Under the pieces are notes generated by a model. The model was not told the DNA's origin and did no database searches. It saw only the letters and a list, made by a program, of their open reading frames with translations. A DNA stretch of 32,000 nt. Origin: Candidatus Epulonipiscium viviparus (GTDB lineage Bacteria; Bacillota; Clostridia; Lachnospirales; Cellulosilyticaceae). The position numbers were made by a program, and so were the translations under genes. The stretch is from contig NZ_CP117982.1 of the NCBI RefSeq assembly GCF_030708075.1, positions 1,183,228 to 1,215,227 on the forward strand. Reading direction: 5' to 3'. Shown here piece by piece: positions 22,920 through 28,799 of the stretch. Each line of letters starts with the position of its first letter. The stretch's first letter is position 1.

Positions 22920-23306
22920 TTACAGTGGAATCTTACATTTTGGCATCAGCTGTTCAAAAGTATATACTTCATACTCTAGATTGCTATTCCCACAAATGAT
23001 TACAAAATTGTCATCGACAAAATCACTCATAACTTGTCGGCAGATTCCACACGGGTAAATGATCTTGTCACTATCGCTGATGATAGCAATTGTAGTAAAT
23101 TTGCGCTCCCCTTCTGTAATTGCCTTATAAAATGCTGTGCGCTCTGCACACGTTGTGACTCCATAAGATGCTCCCTCTACATTAGCTCCTAGGTATACTG
23201 TCCCCGATGCCCCAAGGAGAGCGGCTCCAACGTGAAAATTTGAATAGTTAGCATAGGAAAACTTTTTTGCCTTTTCGGCTTGCTTCAATAATTCTAAATA
23301 ATCCAT
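22920..23306 (-). CDS. cdd: Cytidine deaminase
   Basis: A 128 aa ORF with zinc-binding motifs CAERTAF and PCGICRQVM. AAGGAG lies upstream. Confidence 0.9.
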   Translation of the reverse strand: MDYLELLKQAEKAKKFSYANYSNFHVGAALLGASGTVYLGANVEGASYGVTTCAERTAFYKAITEGERKFTTIAIISDSDKIIYPCGICRQVMSDFVDDNFVIICGNSNLEYEVYTFEQLMPKCKIPL

Positions 23307-23539
23307 AGTAGTCTCCTTCTCAAATTAAATTGCAATACTAGTTTATCCGACAATTACATCTATTATCCATTTGGCATTAACGATAATTTCTATTTTGCAT
23401 CAATGATAGTTGTATGCTACACTCAAATTGAGTTGGATTGCTATAGCGATTTCGGAAGCAAGATTTACGAGCATTGCCTATCATCTCATATGCTGTTTTC
23501 GTATTTCTCAAATCCATTAAGTATTTTGTAATTTTACAC

Positions 23540-23570
23540 AAAAAAAAGATACCCAAATAAATGAGTATCT
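23540..23570 (-). terminator. Intrinsic terminator after rpsI
   Basis: On the minus strand, the stem AGATAC / GTATCT has a 12-nt loop and is followed by T8. Confidence 0.7.
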
Positions 23571-23583
23571 CGGTTTGAAATAA

Positions 23584-23976
23584 TTATCTCTTTGAAAATT
23601 GAGGAGCACGTCTTGCCGCTTTGAGCCCGTATTTCTTTCTTTCTTTCATTCTAGGGTCACGTGTTAAGAATCCTGCTTTTTTTAGTGTAAGTCTATAATC
23701 ACCATCTGCTTGAAGAAGCGCGCGGCTTACTCCATGACGAATCGCTCCAGCTTGTCCAGAAACTCCTCCTCCATGAACATTTACTAAAACATCAAACTTA
23801 ATTGTTGTGCCAGTAAGTTCCAGCGGTTGCTTTACTATTAATTTTAAAGTATCAAGCCCAAAATAGTCGTCCATTTCTCTTTTGTTAATTACAATTTTTC
23901 CATTTCCTGGTGTAAGATACACTCGTGCAACAGAGCTTTTTCTTCTGCCAGTTCCATAATATTTTACCTTTGCCAT
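23584..23976 (-). CDS. rpsI: 30S ribosomal protein S9
   Basis: A 130 aa ORF starting [19 protein letters not shown] and ending ...RRAPQFSKR, which is canonical S9. Confidence 0.96.
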   Translation of the reverse strand: MAKVKYYGTGRRKSSVARVYLTPGNGKIVINKREMDDYFGLDTLKLIVKQPLELTGTTIKFDVLVNVHGGGVSGQAGAIRHGVSRALLQADGDYRLTLKKAGFLTRDPRMKERKKYGLKAARRAPQFSKR

Positions 23977-23994
23977 TTGACTGTTCTCCCTCCG

Positions 23995-24426
23995 TTAAAA
24001 TTTAAGTTCTTTAGGCTGTTGTGCTTCGTGGTTATGCTCAGTTCCCGCATATATTCTAACATTTGTAAGAAGCTTTCTACCTAGACTATTTTTTGGAAGC
24101 ATCCCTTTTATAGCGTGCATCAGAACTCTCTCAGGGTGTCTTTGTAACATGTCTTTTGCGGCAACTTCTTTAAGACCTCCAGCATATCCTGTATGATGTC
24201 TATAAAGTTTTTGTTCTAGTTTTTTGCCTGTAAATACAACTTCTTCTGCGTTTATAATTATTACGTGATCTCCGCAGTCTACGTGTGGGGTAAATGTTGG
24301 TTTATGCTTGCCTCGTAGTACCATAGCTACTTGACTTGCTAAACGGCCAACAGTTTGCCCCGCAGCGTCAACTATGAACCATTCTTTTTGCACGTTTTGC
24401 GCATTGGCCATAAATGTAGTTCTCAT
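23995..24426 (-). CDS. rplM: 50S ribosomal protein L13
   Basis: A 143 aa ORF containing [16 protein letters not shown]...[14 protein letters not shown], which is canonical L13. Confidence 0.96.
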   Translation of the reverse strand: MRTTFMANAQNVQKEWFIVDAAGQTVGRLASQVAMVLRGKHKPTFTPHVDCGDHVIIINAEEVVFTGKKLEQKLYRHHTGYAGGLKEVAAKDMLQRHPERVLMHAIKGMLPKNSLGRKLLTNVRIYAGTEHNHEAQQPKELKF

Positions 24427-24574
24427 CGATTTTCTCCTTTTATATTAATATCTGTAATTTATTTCGTATCATCATAAGCAAGTTTTCGATACACCCACAA
24501 AGGTGAACGTATTCTCGCTATCTTCTTATAAAATCCGGGGCGTTGGATTTTAAAAAGTGGTTTTTTGCATTCAG

Positions 24575-24604
24575 ATTATAATTCAGCAATATTATAATTG
24601 TCAA
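24575..24604 (-). promoter_or_regulatory. Consensus sigma-A promoter for rplM-rpsI, followed by a leader of about 140 nt (possible L13 autoregulatory leader)
   Basis: On the minus strand, the -35 TTGACA is at 24604..24599, then an 18-bp spacer, then the -10 TATAAT at 24580..24575. The leader contains the hairpin AAAATCC-N8-GGATTTT. Assignment as an L13 leader is by analogy only. Confidence 0.6.
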
Positions 24605-24633
24605 GGCTCAGAACATAAAGTCACTGAAAAACT

Positions 24634-25407
24634 TTAGTTAATATCGATAATTTGTTTAGCGCTAGATGATACGGCCTTAGAAATTGTAGGCGCAAGATAT
24701 CGGTCAATATTGTCCATCGCCTGGCTGGTAATCTGATTAATATTATTGCTAAGACTGGTAATATCATTACTCATCGTTTTTATAAATTGGTCCGCATTAT
24801 CGATGATGCCAATAAGTTGCTTCTCAACAGAATTTTCCAAAATCTCACGAGCACGGCTGCCATCTGGAAAGCGCGCCTCCAAGTCGGCTAACCTACAAAC
24901 AGCAGATTCATAGGCTTCGTTTTGTAAGTTTAGATACGCCTTAGTCCTCTCTTCGGCTAGCCTATGTGCATGGTCCATCAACGCAATAGACATCTGCCCA
25001 ATGCTATCTGCTAGTATCACAGACGCTTCTCCCAAATCATGCTGATATTTCTTTAGTGCCTCGATAGATTGCGCTTGATACTTAAGCTCGTTCTGAGAAA
25101 TAAGTTCAGTTAGCTCTAAATTAAATCGACGCATATTCACATCTTGCTCATCCTGTCGCGAATGCATTTCTATGTCAAAAGCAATCTGATTTTCTCTAAT
25201 CTGTTCTTCCTTATTTTTCTTTACCATATCAAGCTCAGCCTGCATGGAATTAATATGATGCTGCAACTCCAGCATAGAGCGGTCATGTTTCGCATTGCGT
25301 TCGCGTAGAGGCTGGCGCAGTACGTCACAAATTAGGTTTACAGGAACAAAAATAATATCATCCAATTTATCAAACATTCCAAATATACGTGATATATTTA
25401 CTTTCAT
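24634..25407 (-). CDS. Hypothetical all-helical/coiled-coil protein (257 aa), last gene of the GTPase operon
   Basis: The ORF has an ATGA start/stop overlap with the upstream gene. The sequence is rich in Q/E/L/N heptad-like stretches (ELQHHINSMQAELDMVKKNKEEQIRENQ; NDITSLSNNINQITSQAMDNI). I saw no TM segment, signal peptide or recognisable catalytic motif. Confidence 0.7.
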   Translation of the reverse strand: MKVNISRIFGMFDKLDDIIFVPVNLICDVLRQPLRERNAKHDRSMLELQHHINSMQAELDMVKKNKEEQIRENQIAFDIEMHSRQDEQDVNMRRFNLELTELISQNELKYQAQSIEALKKYQHDLGEASVILADSIGQMSIALMDHAHRLAEERTKAYLNLQNEAYESAVCRLADLEARFPDGSRAREILENSVEKQLIGIIDNADQFIKTMSNDITSLSNNINQITSQAMDNIDRYLAPTISKAVSSSAKQIIDIN

Positions 25408-25865
25408 AAGATCTCCTCTTTCTGTGTTAATTTTTTGAGCTCTCGATCTAAAATTTTATTTTCTTTAATCAGTTTAATTTGTAGTTTTTTTAAATTAGTT
25501 TCCCATTCTTCGTTTTGATTAATAAGAGTACGAAGTGCTTGAAGTTGCTCTTCCACAAAGTTTAGACTCATAGAAGAATCTCTCCAGCTATTGGCAAAGC
25601 GATGGAGATGCTCCGCAAATAGTGTAGTAAATTTTGGTCGATCTTCAGAAGAAAATTTTTTTAGTTGCAGCAAAAACTCATCGTAATGACTCTTAAGCCA
25701 CTCCAATTCATAAACTTTTGTTCTAATATAATATATTTCACTTTCCAAATCACTATATAAGGCAGAGTAAATGTTGGGGTTCGAATTTAACACACCCTCA
25801 ATAAACTCCTGGCGGCATTGGCTGGTGATCTCTAAAGCCGATAAATAGTATTTATCATCGATCAT
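25404..25865 (-). CDS. Hypothetical helical protein (153 aa), GTPase operon
   Basis: The ORF has a strong SD (GAGGGAGGGA) 12 nt after the upstream stop. The C-terminal coiled-coil-like stretch reads LKKLQIKLIKENKILDRELKKLTQKEE. No motif is recognised. Confidence 0.7.
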   Translation of the reverse strand: MIDDKYYLSALEITSQCRQEFIEGVLNSNPNIYSALYSDLESEIYYIRTKVYELEWLKSHYDEFLLQLKKFSSEDRPKFTTLFAEHLHRFANSWRDSSMSLNFVEEQLQALRTLINQNEEWETNLKKLQIKLIKENKILDRELKKLTQKEEIL

Positions 25866-25877
25866 AAATCCCTCCCT

Positions 25878-26255
25878 CTATACAATGCTTTTTAGTGTGT
25901 TTTGCACTAGTCGTTTAAATTCATCTAGCTTTTTTATTGAGTAATCATTAAGTAGAGTTTCTGTCAGTGCAAAGCTACGTTCAATATTATTTGCAAATCT
26001 ATTCATAAACACTTTTTTCATTTCTTGATCAATTGCTTCGGCGTCCAATTTTGCACTCACATTTGGAAGAATTTTACTAAAAAAATCTATTTGCTCTTGT
26101 CGAAATTCTTTCAATTTTCTATCTATAAAATCTATTTCAGGAGAATGCTTTTTTAGCAGCTCCAAATAATGCTTCTCATATTCATATAGTAATTGAAGCG
26201 AGGTGTTTTCGCTTGCGAGTGAATCATTAGTGCCGAATTTATCAAATGCTTTCAT
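25878..26255 (-). CDS. Hypothetical helical protein (125 aa), GTPase operon
   Basis: The ORF has an SD (AAGAAAGAGG), and the composition predicts an all-alpha protein. No motif is recognised. Confidence 0.65.
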   Translation of the reverse strand: MKAFDKFGTNDSLASENTSLQLLYEYEKHYLELLKKHSPEIDFIDRKLKEFRQEQIDFFSKILPNVSAKLDAEAIDQEMKKVFMNRFANNIERSFALTETLLNDYSIKKLDEFKRLVQNTLKSIV

Positions 26256-26275
26256 TAATAATGCCTCTTTCTTAT

Positions 26276-26659
26276 TTATCTCTTTTGTATTATCTCTTTG
26301 TGTATTTTATTTAAATGTATTTTGGCTGTTTCCTCTCCGTTAACAAGTATTTGCGCATAGTTTATATCGATATTAAATGCTTGATTTATTAATATCGCAT
26401 TTGCAATAGCAGTCCGAAGCTCTATCAAAAAATGTTTGCTCTGAGTCTGGAAAATTAAATTTTGCTTGTCTTTAGATGTATATAAAGGCAGAACCAACTT
26501 AAGTTTTAAAATTTTGTGATAGAGATCTAAATCAACAGTAACATTGAAATTACAGTTGCTATTACACTTCCTAAGCCAGCCACGATTAATACTGGCCGCA
26601 ATATATTTTCGGAAACCGATAATGGTTTTTTTTTTGCATCTCCAATAATTCTGTTTCAA
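26276..26659 (-). CDS. Frame-shifted 3' segment, most likely the C-terminal part of the gene starting at 27419
   Basis: The 127-codon ORF has no ATG anywhere; the track start is a TTG with no SD. It overlaps the upstream ORF by 74 nt, and the overlap contains an A10 tract (26626..26635). Removing one A fuses the two frames. Confidence 0.5.
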   Translation of the reverse strand: MKQNYWRCKKKTIIGFRKYIAASINRGWLRKCNSNCNFNVTVDLDLYHKILKLKLVLPLYTSKDKQNLIFQTQSKHFLIELRTAIANAILINQAFNIDINYAQILVNGEETAKIHLNKIHKEIIQKR

Positions 26660-27419
26660 TACGGGCAGGGGGAGCTACAGTTGTTATCGTTGGTTCCAAA
26701 GGTTCCGAAATTTCCGAGACTGGTGGCTCTTTTAACCTGCTAAGTATATTGCTAGAAGTAGAGATGATATAATTTGTATCCTGATCATAGAGCTGCTCAA
26801 TGCGTTTAGCACTGGTAATATCCGTGCAAAGCGTAAAATTAGCATCTTCAGACAAGCTAAAGTATCGTATTAATTCTGCATTACAGTCTGATGCGTATAA
26901 AGCAGTATTATGAAATGTATGGGTGGGGACAGGATAGTTTTTCGTTGTTGCCGTTGCTTCAAAGTCTAACGAGCCAAAGGGTACTTCGATAGTGCTGTTG
27001 GTGTTTGTTTCCCATACAGCGGTTAAATATTTAATATATATTTCTAACAGAAATTCATTCGTAATTTTTTCGAAATCGAAAGCGGAGCTTTTGTGGATCA
27101 CTATGCCAATAAAGGCATAAATTCGTCTGTTTTTTTCGTCTTTCAAAAATTTGGCAGCAGAATCTGTAATAAATTGATTGCAGTTCTGTGCAAGGTTCGC
27201 AATATAATCAGCTGCCCCAATGATTTTATACTCACCATCAGGACTGCTGCTAATTAACCATCTTCTTTCCGATAACGTTTCTATAGAACTTGTCGCAAGT
27301 AAAATGTTTCGTCTGGCCCATTGGATCTCAGCAGTGTTCCAGTTCGCAGGACGTACCATAAAATTAGGGTTGAAGTCACACTTAAAAGTTCTGCTATGGA
27401 TAAGATATGCTATTTCCAA
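26586..27419 (-). CDS. Hypothetical protein, second gene of the GTPase operon (5' segment if the gene is split at the A10 tract)
   Basis: I favour the TTG start at 27419, which lies 7 nt after GAGGGGGA and 19 nt after the GTPase stop. The alternative ATG at 27482 would overlap the GTPase gene by 44 nt. There is no recognisable motif. The protein is probably mixed alpha/beta, with a Pro/Glu-rich linker (KEPPVSEISEPLEPTITTVAPPA) just before the frame junction. Confidence 0.6.
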   Translation of the reverse strand: MEIAYLIHSRTFKCDFNPNFMVRPANWNTAEIQWARRNILLATSSIETLSERRWLISSSPDGEYKIIGAADYIANLAQNCNQFITDSAAKFLKDEKNRRIYAFIGIVIHKSSAFDFEKITNEFLLEIYIKYLTAVWETNTNSTIEVPFGSLDFEATATTKNYPVPTHTFHNTALYASDCNAELIRYFSLSEDANFTLCTDITSAKRIEQLYDQDTNYIISTSSNILSRLKEPPVSEISEPLEPTITTVAPPARIETELLEMQKKNHYRFPKIYCGQY

Positions 27420-27438
27420 TTTAATTCCCCCTCGTCTT

Positions 27439-28542
27439 TTATAATAAAAGCTGAAATTCGGTAAATGATTTTTCGATACCATTTATAAATAGCGGTAAAT
27501 TGGCATTCAGTTCTTCTAGAAGCGTTTGCTGATTTAAATGTAAAGACTGTATTTGCTGGTCCGTTTCGGTTATAGCTTTATCTATTGTAAATATTTCGTG
27601 ATTAACTTGATTGATATTTTTTGAAGCTGACGTTAATGCATTTTTCATTTCGTGGATTTTATTATTTTTATGAAGCGCTAAGAAAGAATTTTCTAATTTA
27701 TTTTTTTGCGCAGTATATTGTAAACGAAGATCATTCCATTTATCAAGCTCAAGCAAAAGTTTGGCTTTTGCTTCTTGGTTTTTATTTTGATACGCAGTTA
27801 GCTCCTTGAGTTTCCTAGTCAAAGCACAATATATTCCCATAAAGATCGGAAGATGCATATTTAGCAGTTGTGGAGCATCTTTTTCGTCTTCGAGATTAAG
27901 TCCAATTGATATAGGAATTATAGAAACGATGCTGGGTGGTGCAGTGTTTAAAAATAACGGTGTATATGCCGCCTTAACTATATTAAATAATTCTGCCGTA
28001 GAAATTGTTCCCGCGCATTTATCAAATTTGGTAATCACAAGGGCGATCGGTGGTAATGTCTGGTTTCCTTTTTGAAACTTAGAAATAAAATTGTTAATAG
28101 TTTTAGAATCATTTTTGATGTTGCGTATTTTTTGATCTTGAGTATCAGCGATTAAAGTATCGCCATCAATGCAAATAAATAAACAGCTAGAACTATTTAA
28201 AGACTCGATAAAATTGCTATACTCCAAACTGTCTCCAGAATTTTTGGTTTCTAAAATTCCTCCAGCATAATCAAGCCAATCAAAAGATAATATATTTTTA
28301 TAGCCATATTGAAAATCAAATTTAAAGTTAGAGCTGCTATCTGTTCCAGGAGGAAACCGATCGGGTCCCAACGAAAAATCAAGCATCCTATTATATCTTT
28401 TGCGAAGCTCAACGTCATCGTCATCGTCTGCAAGTATAGTGTAACCTTCAAATCCGGAACACATCTCATAATACATTCCAAGCAAGTAACACGTTTTGCC
28501 TGCACCTGTCATTCCTAAAATCGTAAATTTTGTATCTGCCAT
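27439..28542 (-). CDS. P-loop GTPase (TRAFAC-type motifs) with a C-terminal coiled-coil domain, first gene of the operon
   Basis: In this 367 aa ORF, G1 is G10-MTGAGKT-17 and the G3 candidate is hydrophobic-D91-YAG94. G4 is T171-KFD-174 ([NT]KxD, implying guanine specificity), and a switch-I Thr candidate lies in PPGTDSS. Residues about 240-345 are heptad-rich (KELTAYQNKNQEAKAKLLLELDKWNDLRLQYTAQKNKLEN...). AAGGAG lies 7 nt upstream of the ATG. Confidence 0.8.
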   Translation of the reverse strand: MADTKFTILGMTGAGKTCYLLGMYYEMCSGFEGYTILADDDDDVELRKRYNRMLDFSLGPDRFPPGTDSSSNFKFDFQYGYKNILSFDWLDYAGGILETKNSGDSLEYSNFIESLNSSSCLFICIDGDTLIADTQDQKIRNIKNDSKTINNFISKFQKGNQTLPPIALVITKFDKCAGTISTAELFNIVKAAYTPLFLNTAPPSIVSIIPISIGLNLEDEKDAPQLLNMHLPIFMGIYCALTRKLKELTAYQNKNQEAKAKLLLELDKWNDLRLQYTAQKNKLENSFLALHKNNKIHEMKNALTSASKNINQVNHEIFTIDKAITETDQQIQSLHLNQQTLLEELNANLPLFINGIEKSFTEFQLLL

Positions 28543-28574
28543 TCTGATACTCCTTATTGTTTAAATATAAAATT

Positions 28575-28603
28575 ATTTTAATGGCAAAGTATAAAATAGT
28601 CAA
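28575..28603 (-). promoter_or_regulatory. Sigma-A-type promoter of the GTPase operon
   Basis: On the minus strand, the -35 TTGACT is at 28603..28598, then a 17-bp spacer, then the -10 TAAAAT at 28580..28575. The -10 lies about 33 nt upstream of the ATG. Confidence 0.55.
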
Positions 28604-28730
28604 ATATTTTTGCGACTCCAAACGAAAATAAAAATACATATCAAAATATAATGAAAATGTCGAAAAAATATTGTAAAAATATTAATTAATGTCGATGTAA
28701 TAAAAATTTAATATTAAAGCCAAAAATATA

Positions 28731-28739
28731 TGCTATAAT
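28731..28739 (+). promoter_or_regulatory. Extended -10 promoter element for the 5'-nucleotidase gene
   Basis: The element TGcTATAAT lies 61 nt upstream of the ATG at 28800, and GAAGGAGAGG is the SD. No clear -35 was found. Confidence 0.45.
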
Positions 28740-28799
28740 GGTCATGCATTATGAAACTCTAAAATTTTCAAAATATTCTGAAGGAGAGGTTAATATTAC

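Noticed and set aside
23307-23583. A 46-codon minus-strand ORF (MDLRNTKTAYEMIGNARKS...) in the rpsI-cdd intergenic region.
   Set aside because: It has no Shine-Dalgarno and no recognisable family. It is short and lies in AT-rich DNA where such ORFs arise by chance, so the region is more likely the cdd promoter and leader.
24634-26255. The idea that the small helical proteins are T7SS LXG-toxin helper proteins or WXG100 proteins.
   Set aside because: I could read no WXG or LXG motif and no C-terminal toxin domain. There is no immunity-like small gene, and no essC/esaA-type secretion genes are nearby. The resemblance is limited to size and helicity.
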